Source of the DNA: Patescibacteria group bacterium
GTDB taxonomy: Bacteria; Patescibacteriota; Minisyncoccia; UBA10092
DNA: 38,618 nucleotides
NCBI GenBank assembly: GCA_043812515.1
Contig: JBDRMC010000001.1
Location: forward strand, 1-38,618
Direction of reading: 5' to 3'
Below the pieces are notes generated by a model. It saw nothing but the letters and a program-made list of their open reading frames with translations. It made no database searches and had not been told where the DNA came from. A program made the translations under genes and the position numbers. Numbering within the stretch: position 1 is the stretch's first letter; each line of letters begins with the position of its first letter. Shown here piece after piece: positions 16,441 to 25,312 of the stretch.

Positions 16441-18912
16441 TTATTTTAATAATTCATATTGAAACAGCTTGGGTTGAATTTCTGCTTCATAGTATTTAGC
16501 CAATTTTGTCTTTAAACTATTGATCGCCGTATTGAGTTCTGCGTAATCGTAAATCCACTCGTCATTTTCATTTTTTTCACGAGTGTTTAGCTCTTCGTCG
16601 ATTTGATATGTACCGTACATATACTTTGGATTGTATTCTTTGGTAGACTTTGCTTTTGACAGAACATCGGCAAAAGTATCCAGCAACTCTTTTTCCTCGT
16701 CCGTAAGTTTATAGATTTTTAATTTATTACTTGCTACTGTGCCTTTGTCAAAACAAAGTTCGTTTTTGTAAAGTCGGCCGTCGCTAGCATCAAAGCTACG
16801 ACAGTGATTACGCCGACTAAGACAAGTAAATATGAAGCATGCTTTCAAAAAATCTTTGTCTTTTAAATAGCGGTCGCCACCGTCAGCAGTAGTAAAATAA
16901 ATATCTCGTTCATACCAATTTTTCTGCGGGTAGAGTTTAGCCGTAAAGAGTGGCAGCTTCTCAATGAAATTATCAGAGCGAAGGTAAAAACCATTTTTTC
17001 TCGCATTCAGAGTTGTTCTCACTAATGCCTGTTTTGGGGCACCAAGTGTGTAACCCACTAAGTATTCATAGGCTAAGATATTTTCATTAAATATTTTTTC
17101 AGTACTAGTTGCACTTGTTTTTTCTGCCTCCCGTCCAGCACCATCACAATACACACCATCAACTACGTCATCATCAAATGTTCTTTTATCAAAATAGAAT
17201 TCGTTAAACGTTTTGTGCACTTTTTTCACAATGACACCTTTGACAAAGAAGATATCATCGTGTTCGGATGTATCTTTGGTATCGATGTCGAAGGCCTTAA
17301 GTGCTACCTCTTCTCGACTCTCATCTTGATTTCGCCACAATATACAACTAATAGCACTTGGCCCAGCATGAAAATGCTGGCGATTAAATAAAAAGCCGTC
17401 GATAAACTTCTTTTCAGTAAGTCCATGCGACTTCCAATATTTAATTGGTGAGAATAAAACAAAAGCGTCATCGGGTTTCGTTAGATAATATTTCCAACCA
17501 GACCAGATGAATAGATTGGCAATTTCTTTTGATGGAATCATCCCCCTTGTTTCTGAGGTGAATGAGCCCTTAAAAGCCTTTGCGACAAAACTATCTTTTT
17601 TAACATCCCGCGTAAGGCCGTCTTGCCTTATCTTATCAGCGCTGGTATCACTATATGGTGGATTTTCAAACAATATAATGTTTGTCTTTTTGTCTTTCAC
17701 ATAGCTCAGAAGCATACCTATGCTGTCGTTATATTCTTTCGTCATCCCAATCGCCTTTTGGCCGGTAACAAACTGTTCGCTTAAAGCGTCACCGCCATCA
17801 ACCAGAGCTTCTGTATTGTCGATTTCCTGAGGTGGCGGAATTATGAGCTTAACACGATCTCCGATGCGCTCATTTAATACTACCCATTCCTTTAATTCAT
17901 ATGTGTTGACAACAGCATGAGACAACTCATTGTCAAAAATATAGTCATGGAGCGAAAGTTTTGTCCTATGTTTTTCCAGTTCACCTACGGTGATTTCGCT
18001 AAAATTGCGCTTATTGTAAAACGTCGTGATAATATCAGCCTTATCCTGTAAATATTTTGTTTTTAGAGATTTGTCGATATAGCGGCTTAGCTCGCCAATT
18101 GTAATATCATTCACCTGTTTATCGGTTAAAAACTCTTCCAGGTTGCCTGTACCGGCGCAGCGGTCAAGAATGATATAGTCATGGCCTCTCGGTATCTGCT
18201 TAATGGCTTTACGAACCAATTCAGTAGCTTTTAGACAATATGCCGGAGGAGTATAAAAAGCGCCAAGCTCCTTTTTATGCTGCTTATCATTAAGCAGATC
18301 CATGATGTATTTAAAATCCTTTTCATCGCCTGCCCACGGATAGATATAGGCAGCAAAATACTTGGGAGCACGTAACTCCTTAAAAAGTTTAATTTTACTA
18401 GCAGTCGGATTTTCTCGATAAAACCGATTTGACCAACCGACAACATCGAATAAGTCAATATGAATTTTGGTGTATTTTTCTACATCTAGAATTTCTGTAA
18501 TGCGTCGTAGACCAGCTAAATTACTGTAGTCAATCTTTTCTGGTTGAATTTTGGTTGCAAAATCAGCATTATTTTTACTTGCAGCGCCGGCATAGGGTAT
18601 TTCCATATATGAAAGAAAATCTCCGGAATTAAATAAGTAAGCATTTTCTTCATTTAATGCGGCTAACAAGATTTGCGCTGGCACTGGTTCACCCTTAATT
18701 CTTCTATGGCTAAGATATTTTATTGCCTGAAAGAGTGCTTTGTTAATGTCTGGGATAGTAAGTTTAAACTCAAATAACGTGCCTTTATATACCCCGTCAG
18801 TATTATGGGTTAGTTCTACATCGGCATCTATCCTTAGATCGGCAAAGAATTGTATCTGACCTTCACGTTCAGATAAGAAATTCTTTTTTGATTTAGTTAA
18901 TTTTTTTACCAT
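16441..18912 (-). CDS. putative type IIG restriction-modification enzyme (nuclease + amino-methyltransferase + TRD)
   Basis: N-terminal TDG....LFEFK; GAFYTP; motif I LDRCAGTGNL; motif IV ENPPY; start placed at ATG 18912. Confidence 0.75.
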   Translation of the reverse strand: MVKKLTKSKKNFLSEREGQIQFFADLRIDADVELTHNTDGVYKGTLFEFKLTIPDINKALFQAIKYLSHRRIKGEPVPAQILLAALNEENAYLFNSGDFLSYMEIPYAGAASKNNADFATKIQPEKIDYSNLAGLRRITEILDVEKYTKIHIDLFDVVGWSNRFYRENPTASKIKLFKELRAPKYFAAYIYPWAGDEKDFKYIMDLLNDKQHKKELGAFYTPPAYCLKATELVRKAIKQIPRGHDYIILDRCAGTGNLEEFLTDKQVNDITIGELSRYIDKSLKTKYLQDKADIITTFYNKRNFSEITVGELEKHRTKLSLHDYIFDNELSHAVVNTYELKEWVVLNERIGDRVKLIIPPPQEIDNTEALVDGGDALSEQFVTGQKAIGMTKEYNDSIGMLLSYVKDKKTNIILFENPPYSDTSADKIRQDGLTRDVKKDSFVAKAFKGSFTSETRGMIPSKEIANLFIWSGWKYYLTKPDDAFVLFSPIKYWKSHGLTEKKFIDGFLFNRQHFHAGPSAISCILWRNQDESREEVALKAFDIDTKDTSEHDDIFFVKGVIVKKVHKTFNEFYFDKRTFDDDVVDGVYCDGAGREAEKTSATSTEKIFNENILAYEYLVGYTLGAPKQALVRTTLNARKNGFYLRSDNFIEKLPLFTAKLYPQKNWYERDIYFTTADGGDRYLKDKDFLKACFIFTCLSRRNHCRSFDASDGRLYKNELCFDKGTVASNKLKIYKLTDEEKELLDTFADVLSKAKSTKEYNPKYMYGTYQIDEELNTREKNENDEWIYDYAELNTAINSLKTKLAKYYEAEIQPKLFQYELLK

Positions 18913-19025
18913 ATTTTGTTTCCCAAAATCCCCCTTCTTTTCCCTAACAATACCCCACTTTGGTGGGGTTGTAAAATGAAAAATAGGCGCGAAAAAAAAT
19001 AACATAAATTATTTTCCGAAGCTTA

Positions 19026-19142
19026 TGAAAGCATTTTAGCGTGGTTTCAAATTACATATTTCATATGCTATCGCATTTATATATGTAATTTGAATAAAAT
19101 GCTTTCACCCGCCCGAACGACTGAAATCGTTCAGTTGGGCGG
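19026..19142. repeat. two adjacent bulged hairpins (19026-19107 AT-rich; 19109-19142 GC-rich REP-like)
   Basis: tgaaagcatttta..ttcaaattacatat / atatgtaatttgaa-taaaatgctttca; ccgccc-gaacga..tcgttc-agtt-gggcgg. Confidence 0.8.
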
Positions 19143-19169
19143 CTGTGGATAGATGGCTGGATATAATTC

Positions 19170-19421
19170 TCAATAAATCCCTTGGCGGTGGCAGACGCGG
19201 ATTATGACGACAACTAAAATTCCTTTATAGACTTTATAAATTATTCTATAGGGCCAAACTCGATAAGAATAAAGGCCGGCTAATTCTCCTTCTAATTTTT
19301 TACCCGAAAAAGGATCAACCGCGATTAACGGAAAAACCGCCAAAATTCTTTTCCGATATTGAGCCGGAATTTTATCAAGCTCTTTTTGCGCTCTTTTTTC
19401 GAATTTTAGTTCCCACGCCAT
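19170..19421 (-). CDS. type II TA RelE/ParE-family toxin
   Basis: RAQKELDKI...P..GKKLEGEL.GLYSYRVWPYRIIY. Confidence 0.9.
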   Translation of the reverse strand: MAWELKFEKRAQKELDKIPAQYRKRILAVFPLIAVDPFSGKKLEGELAGLYSYRVWPYRIIYKVYKGILVVVIIRVCHRQGIY

Positions 19422-19734
19422 ATTTGTTTTTTCCTTTATCCGCTAAAATATAACCATGTTTGGCCATGATGTCGTCCAAAGTAGCCCATTTTTTATATTC
19501 GCCGGTTTTGATCGCGCGATCCGTTTCTTTAATATCTTTATCTAATCCTGGGCATTCTCTCATTACTTCCAAGGTTTCCTGTAAGGATTCAAAATCTTCC
19601 GCGGACATTAAAACGGCCTTGGGCCGGCCCTTTTCGGTTAAGGTGTAAAAATTATCGGGTTTTTGAACTTCTTCGGCGATTTCAAAAATTCTTTTTCTGG
19701 CCTCGGAAATTGATATGGTTGTTTTTGTATTCAT
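19375..19734 (-). CDS. type II TA Phd/YefM-family antitoxin
   Basis: ISISEARK......LTEKGRPKAVLMSAEDFESLQETLE. Confidence 0.9.
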   Translation of the reverse strand: MNTKTTISISEARKRIFEIAEEVQKPDNFYTLTEKGRPKAVLMSAEDFESLQETLEVMRECPGLDKDIKETDRAIKTGEYKKWATLDDIMAKHGYILADKGKNKYGVGTKIRKKSAKRA

Positions 19735-19745
19735 GTTGGTTTTAT

Positions 19746-19781
19746 ATGTACATAATAACGTACATGCTAATCTTTCGTCAA
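19746..19781 (-). promoter_or_regulatory. TA promoter (TTGACG-18-TATTAT) overlapped by two GTAC-centred operator palindromes
   Basis: tgtaca-taataa-cgtaca; YefM-type operators are TGTACA-centred. Confidence 0.6.
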
Positions 19782-19903
19782 TAGCTATAGCAGCTTCTTT
19801 TTGAAGTATTTTTCAAGTTTTTCCCTTGGCCTATCAATTTTTGGCAAATCTTTTATTTTCATAAATCCCCTTCATTAAAACCCGCCTTAGATGGATTTTT
19901 TTA

Positions 19904-20425
19904 TTAATCAATAAACTCCAGTTCTTTGAGGGCTTTTTCGTAGGCGCGGACTCCGAATTCTATTTCGCTTCTGGCGATTGTATATTCCGAACCGTGCACC
20001 AGTTGATTTCTCAATTTATGCGCCTGCCAAATTTCTTCTATATTGGAAACTTGGGCGGAGTTTAAATATTTCAACCGGTCGGCCATTGACTCCCCCGGAA
20101 GCCCCATCAGTTTCAATAAATCATCAAAAATCTTATCGGCTTCTATCAACGCCATGTGTAAATTGGCTTCATCATTTTTATTTAAACGAGAAACGACTTT
20201 TTGCCACGAAGCATTTAAATTCTTCTTCGGCGTTTTGCCGCCTTTCAAAAAATTACTAGTGGCTTTGAAAAATTTCTTTAATGTGTCAACTTTATTTATC
20301 AAAATTATAACCAGAACACCAAAAACCAACGTCAAAAAAATACCGAGAATTTTAAGATTGACGACCCACTCCGAGCCGCCGAGATTGATGACGCTTAAAC
20401 GGAGATTATTTGTTATATCGGCCAT
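19904..20425 (-). CDS. conserved CPR single-TM hypothetical protein (copy 2)
   Basis: ALIEADK..G.SMADRLK..IWQAHKLRN.LVH; homolog of 7857..8390. Confidence 0.8.
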   Translation of the reverse strand: MADITNNLRLSVINLGGSEWVVNLKILGIFLTLVFGVLVIILINKVDTLKKFFKATSNFLKGGKTPKKNLNASWQKVVSRLNKNDEANLHMALIEADKIFDDLLKLMGLPGESMADRLKYLNSAQVSNIEEIWQAHKLRNQLVHGSEYTIARSEIEFGVRAYEKALKELEFID

Positions 20426-20447
20426 TAAATAAATTATACGCATGGAT

Positions 20448-21890
20448 TTATTTACTCATATTTTCAACCAATTTGGCAATTTTTAGCAATTTAACATCTT
20501 CAAAATTGTTGCCGATAAGCTGAAGTCCGACCGGCAATCCATTCGCCTCTTTTATGGGAATGGAAATCGCCGGAACGCCCGCCAAGTTAATTGAAACCGT
20601 ATAAATATCCGCCAGATACATTGATAACGGATCCTGGGTTTTTTCTCCAAACTTGAAAGCGGTTGTCGGAGACGTGGGCGTTATAATCGCGTCAACTTCT
20701 TTGAAAGCATGAGTAAAATCCTGTTTTATAAGCCGTCTGACTTTTTGAGCTCTTGTGTAATACGCGTCATAATATCCGGCCGAAAGAACGTAAGTGCCGA
20801 GCATTATTCTTCGTCTCGCTTCGGCGCCGAATCCTTCTCCCCTGCTTTCAAGATAAACGTCAAGCAAATTTTGCAGTTTTTCTTTTTTATTTATTTTGGA
20901 ATGCCCATATTTTATTCCATCAAATCTGGCAAGATTGGCCGACACTTCGGCGGGCATAATGATATAGTAAGCCGCCAGCGCCCACTCGCTGTAGGGCAAG
21001 GAAATTTCTTCTATTCGCGCCCCTTCTTTTTCCAGTTTTGATATTACCGATTTTATGTTTTTTTCTATTTCCGGGTCCAGACCATGAGTAAAAAATTCCC
21101 GGGGGACGCCAAATTTTATTTCTTCTATATCTACAGGTTTATCATGATAACTTTGCCATTCTCTATTGGCGCTTGTTGAGTCTAAAATATCCCCGCCGCG
21201 AATAATTTCAAAAACTGCGGCGGCGTCGTCTACGTTTCTGGTAATCGGCCCGATTTGGTCCAAGGACGAGGCCATAGCCATCAATCCATGGCGGGAAACG
21301 GCGCCGTAAGACGGTTTAAAACCGACAACGCCACAAAAACCGGCCGGTTGGCGGATTGAACCGCCCGTGTCGGAACCCAGCGCGTAAACAGAAAATCCGG
21401 CTTTAACCGCGGCGGCGGAGCCACCGGAAGAGCCGCCGGGCACTCTGCTTGGGTCAACCGGATTTTTTGTCGGGCCGAAAGCGGAATTTTCGGTTGAACT
21501 GCCCATCGCAAACTCATCCATATTTGTTTTGCCGATAAAAACCGATTCTTCTTCCTTAAGTTTTTTAATTACGGTAGCGTCATAAGGCGCTGTATAATTT
21601 TCAAGAATTTTTGAAGCGGCTGTGGCTTTGGCGCCGCGAATTAAAATATTATCTTTAATCGCGGCCGGAATTCCGGCCAACATTTCAATCGGCTCGCCTT
21701 TGGAAATTCTGGCATCAACTTTTTTTGCCGATTCAAGCGCCCCCTCTTCGGTCAAAGATAAAAAAGCGTGGATTTCGCTATCATGTTTTTTAATCTCGTC
21801 AAAATGCGCCCGGGTTAGTTCAACCGAAGTTATTTCTTTTTCTTCCAGAAGCTTATGCGCTTCTTTGATTGTCAGTTCTTTTAAATTCAT
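20448..21890 (-). CDS. gatA: Asp/Glu-tRNA amidotransferase subunit A (copy 2)
   Basis: [44 protein letters not shown]. Confidence 0.97.
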   Translation of the reverse strand: MNLKELTIKEAHKLLEEKEITSVELTRAHFDEIKKHDSEIHAFLSLTEEGALESAKKVDARISKGEPIEMLAGIPAAIKDNILIRGAKATAASKILENYTAPYDATVIKKLKEEESVFIGKTNMDEFAMGSSTENSAFGPTKNPVDPSRVPGGSSGGSAAAVKAGFSVYALGSDTGGSIRQPAGFCGVVGFKPSYGAVSRHGLMAMASSLDQIGPITRNVDDAAAVFEIIRGGDILDSTSANREWQSYHDKPVDIEEIKFGVPREFFTHGLDPEIEKNIKSVISKLEKEGARIEEISLPYSEWALAAYYIIMPAEVSANLARFDGIKYGHSKINKKEKLQNLLDVYLESRGEGFGAEARRRIMLGTYVLSAGYYDAYYTRAQKVRRLIKQDFTHAFKEVDAIITPTSPTTAFKFGEKTQDPLSMYLADIYTVSINLAGVPAISIPIKEANGLPVGLQLIGNNFEDVKLLKIAKLVENMSK

Positions 21891-22180
21891 TCCAATATTG
21901 ATGGGACTTTAAAATAATCTTCTTCGCGATTTGGGGCGGCATTCAATATTTGTTTTCGCATTTCCGGGTCGGAAATGGTTGTTTCATCGTCCTGTCTGGC
22001 AACGCTCTCCAAGTCCGTGCCTCCGGTCATCGGCTCGACTTTTTCAACGTTAACTTCCGATAATTTTTGGACATAGCCGATTATGGAAGATAAATCTTCG
22101 GCGAATTTTTCTTTTTCTTTTTCTTCCAGTTTCAATCGGGCCAATTCCGCGATTTTTTCAACCTCTTTTTTGGTTAACAT
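21887..22180 (-). CDS. gatC: Asp/Glu-tRNA amidotransferase subunit C (copy 2)
   Basis: EVEKIAELARL...YFKVPSIL. Confidence 0.95.
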   Translation of the reverse strand: MLTKKEVEKIAELARLKLEEKEKEKFAEDLSSIIGYVQKLSEVNVEKVEPMTGGTDLESVARQDDETTISDPEMRKQILNAAPNREEDYFKVPSILE

Positions 22181-24294
22181 TATTTTATGAGTTTCAAAAA
22201 CTCTTTTTCGTCTATTATTTTAACTCCCAATTTTTTCGCTTTTTCGTATTTTTCTCCCGGTTCGGCACCGGCAACGACATAATCAACCGAAGCGCTTACC
22301 GACGAAGAAATATCGCCTCCCAATTCTCTAATTCTGCCTTTGGCTTCTTCCCGCGTCAAGGTTTGCATACTGCCGGTTAAAACAAATATCTTGTCTTTCA
22401 ACTTTAAAAATTTCGCGGCAATTTTTGGTGAGATAATTTTAACATCCGCATTATCAAGCTTTTGAAGAAAATTAATGCTATTTTTATCGCTAAAATATTC
22501 AAAAATGCTTTCGGCGACCTTCGGGCCGATATTGGGAATTTTCTGCCAATCTTCCAGTTTTAATTTTTCCGCGGCGATAATCAAATCCTGTGGAGTTGAA
22601 ACCGTTTTGTGTTCAATTAATTTTTTGCCGATATCAATCGCCGTTTCCTCCCCCGCGTGTTTTATGCCAAGCGCGAAAATAAATTTATATAAACCGATTG
22701 TTTTGCTTTTTTGGATTGAAGCGACGGTATTTTCGGCCGATTTTTCGGCGAATCTTTCCAGCGGCAACAAATCGCCATCTTTCAAATCAAACAAATCGGC
22801 CGCGTCGGAAATCAAACTGTTATCCAAAAGCGCGTCAATTATTTTAGGCCCAACTCCATCCATATTAAACGCCGCTTTTGATACAAAGTGATAAAGCCGC
22901 CGGCGGTTTACCAGCCCGCATTTTTCCGGATTCAAAACTTTGTGGGCGGATTCGCCGGCAACTCTGACAACTTTTTGGCCGCAAAATTCTTTGGGAAAAT
23001 GAAAAGTTTTTTCCCGCCCGGTCCTCAATTCTTTCAGCGTTTTTATAATATCGGGGATAACGTCTCCGGCCCGACCGACAATAACCGTGTCGCCGATTTT
23101 TAGCCCCAGCCGTTCAATCTCATCTTCATTATGAAGCGTGGCCCGAGATACCATTGTGCCACCGATTGAAACGGGCCTAAGAATCGCCACCGGAGTTAAT
23201 ACGCCCGTCCTGCCAACTTGAACGATAATATTTTCAACAATCGTTTCAGCTTCTTTGGCGGCAAATTTATAAGCAATCCCCCCTCGCGGCGCTTTGCCGA
23301 CAACTCCGAGCCGCTTTAAATATTCTTCCGAATTAACCATGACTACAGTACCGTCAATTTCAAATGGCAATTTATCGCGATGCGCCGACCAATATTTTTT
23401 AAATTCAAAAACTTCGGAAAGCGAATCAACTTTTTTATTATTGGGATTAGTTCTAAATCCAAGCGCTTTTAAAATTAAATGTTCTTCTTCATGGGTTTTT
23501 TGACCCAAGTCATTTACTAAAGCGTACGCAAAAGAATTCAGATGGCGGGAGGCGGTAATTTTGGGGTTGAGCTGGCGGATGGAACCGGCGGCTACGTTTC
23601 TTGGATTGGCATAAAGCGGAAGATTTTTTTTCGTCTGTTCTTTATTTAAGGCATTAAAATCTCTTGTATTCAAAAAAACTTCACCGCGCGCTTCTATAGT
23701 TTTCGGCCATGTTAAATTATCTACTATATATTGAAGTCCCGATTTTTTAAGATTTTTAATAACCTCTTCTTTCGGCAATAAAACAAGCGGAATAGTATCA
23801 ATAGTTTTTAAGTTATTGGTTACATCCTCTCCTATTGCCCCGTCGCCGCGGGTTGAACCGGTTTTAAAAATGCCATTTTCATAAATCATGCTAACGGCCA
23901 AGCCATCAAGTTTGAGCTCCACATAAAAATCGACTTTGGTGCCACCCGGCCCGCCTTCGCCAAGGCTTCGGCGGGTAAACAATAATTTCATATTTCTTTC
24001 ATGCCAGTCCTTTATATCCTCTTCCGAAAAAGCGTCATTAAGAGAGAGCATCCGCGTAGAATGGCGGACTTTATTGAATTTTTTGAGCGGCTCGCCGCCG
24101 ACCCTTTGGGTCGGCGAATCGGGCGTAATTAATTCGGGATAGGCCTTTTCGATTTCTTTTAGTTCGTTATTTAAAGAATCATAAACCGCGTCCGAGACGT
24201 TCGGTTTATCTAAAACATGGTATTCGTAAGAATATTTATTAAGCAGGCCCCTTAGTTTTTCAGCCCGGTATTTTGCCTCCGTTTTATCTGTCAT
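22180..24294 (-). CDS. ligA: NAD-dependent DNA ligase
   Basis: ELKLDG, TRGDG, NPRNVAAGSIRQ, QVGRTG, C-terminal BRCT. Confidence 0.98.
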   Translation of the reverse strand: MTDKTEAKYRAEKLRGLLNKYSYEYHVLDKPNVSDAVYDSLNNELKEIEKAYPELITPDSPTQRVGGEPLKKFNKVRHSTRMLSLNDAFSEEDIKDWHERNMKLLFTRRSLGEGGPGGTKVDFYVELKLDGLAVSMIYENGIFKTGSTRGDGAIGEDVTNNLKTIDTIPLVLLPKEEVIKNLKKSGLQYIVDNLTWPKTIEARGEVFLNTRDFNALNKEQTKKNLPLYANPRNVAAGSIRQLNPKITASRHLNSFAYALVNDLGQKTHEEEHLILKALGFRTNPNNKKVDSLSEVFEFKKYWSAHRDKLPFEIDGTVVMVNSEEYLKRLGVVGKAPRGGIAYKFAAKEAETIVENIIVQVGRTGVLTPVAILRPVSIGGTMVSRATLHNEDEIERLGLKIGDTVIVGRAGDVIPDIIKTLKELRTGREKTFHFPKEFCGQKVVRVAGESAHKVLNPEKCGLVNRRRLYHFVSKAAFNMDGVGPKIIDALLDNSLISDAADLFDLKDGDLLPLERFAEKSAENTVASIQKSKTIGLYKFIFALGIKHAGEETAIDIGKKLIEHKTVSTPQDLIIAAEKLKLEDWQKIPNIGPKVAESIFEYFSDKNSINFLQKLDNADVKIISPKIAAKFLKLKDKIFVLTGSMQTLTREEAKGRIRELGGDISSSVSASVDYVVAGAEPGEKYEKAKKLGVKIIDEKEFLKLIK
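23950..23980. repeat. REP-like hairpin inside ligA, in-frame (FTRRSLGEGG)
   Basis: cccgcc-ttc-gcc-aa-ggc-ttc-ggcggg-taaac. Confidence 0.7.
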
Positions 24295-24295
24295 A

Positions 24296-25312
24296 TTACT
24301 TTAAATAAATAGCGCGGGCGCGGTTGTGTTCTTCGAGGGTTTTGGAGAAAATGGTTGTGCCGTCTTTAGCGGAGAGATAGTACCAATATGGGCTTGCTTC
24401 CGGGAAAAGCGCCGCTTTGATGGCAGAGATACCCGGGTTGGCAATTGGCCCATTCGGCAGACCGCGGTAAAAATAAGTATTATATCGCGAATCTATTTTT
24501 TTGTCGGAATCGCCGATTTCGTTGCGTCCGGTGATATAAACCAATGTCGCGTCGACTTGTAAAGGCATGCCCGCTTTAAGTCGTTTCCATAATATGCCGG
24601 CAACAATCGGCCTGTCGGAATCTTTGGAAACTTCTTTTTCAACCAGAGACGCCATCGTTAAAATTTCGTAAGTGGTATATGAAGAATTTTTTATGGCTAA
24701 TTTTAAGTCCGGCGTTAATTTATTATTAAGATTATTAATCATTTTGCCAGCTATATCGGATAAAGAGTCTTTTCCGCCAGAGGCGGATCCGCCTTGGGCG
24801 GAGAAAAAACGGTAAGTGTCAGGAAATAAATATCCTTCAAGAGAAGCCATTTTCGGCTTATCGAATAAAATCTCCGGAATATTTAATAAAAATTTGAAAT
24901 TCGTTAGCGCATTCGGTTCAGCTAAATTAGCCCTGACTAGTTTATTTTCAATTTGCTTTAAATTAAAACCTTCGGGAATCACGATTAAAACTTCATTGGT
25001 TCCGCCCAGGGCCAGTATATCTCCAATATCGCGGATGGACATTTTCGGCGAAAGTTCATATTCGCCGGGTTTCAAATCATACTGAGCCAAAGACAGAAAA
25101 ACATAAAGGCGGAAAAGAAAAGGATTTTTTATCAATCCGGCATTTTTTAAATTTTCGGCAATTGTCTGGGCCGATTCCCCTTTTTCAACTTTCAGTATTC
25201 TTATTTCACCCGAAATGTTTAGCGGTGTTCTTATTTTCCACCAAAAAATAAAAAGCGCGGCAAAGGCAATGACAAAAAATATTAAAATGGCATAAGCGAA
25301 TTTTTTACTCAT
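24296..25312 (-). CDS. mltG: endolytic transglycosylase MltG (copy 2)
   Basis: IPEG, LEGYLFPDTY, ASLVEKE, LQVDAT, YNTY...GLP.GPIANPG. Confidence 0.95.
   Translation of the reverse strand: MSKKFAYAILIFFVIAFAALFIFWWKIRTPLNISGEIRILKVEKGESAQTIAENLKNAGLIKNPFLFRLYVFLSLAQYDLKPGEYELSPKMSIRDIGDILALGGTNEVLIVIPEGFNLKQIENKLVRANLAEPNALTNFKFLLNIPEILFDKPKMASLEGYLFPDTYRFFSAQGGSASGGKDSLSDIAGKMINNLNNKLTPDLKLAIKNSSYTTYEILTMASLVEKEVSKDSDRPIVAGILWKRLKAGMPLQVDATLVYITGRNEIGDSDKKIDSRYNTYFYRGLPNGPIANPGISAIKAALFPEASPYWYYLSAKDGTTIFSKTLEEHNRARAIYLK
24773..24802. repeat. 30-bp double-hairpin element in mltG (SAQGGSASGG)
   Basis: tccgcc-aga-ggcgga-tccgcc-ttg-ggcgga. Confidence 0.93.

Noticed and set aside
18995-19025. 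dif-like site (TTATGTTATTT on the minus strand) near the convergent strand switch
   Set aside because: Only the XerD-like half resembles the consensus, in AT-rich DNA; the XerC arm and spacing do not fit
9596-19781. Prophage or classical integron
   Set aside because: No integrase, phage structural genes or recognisable attC R-box/L-box structure
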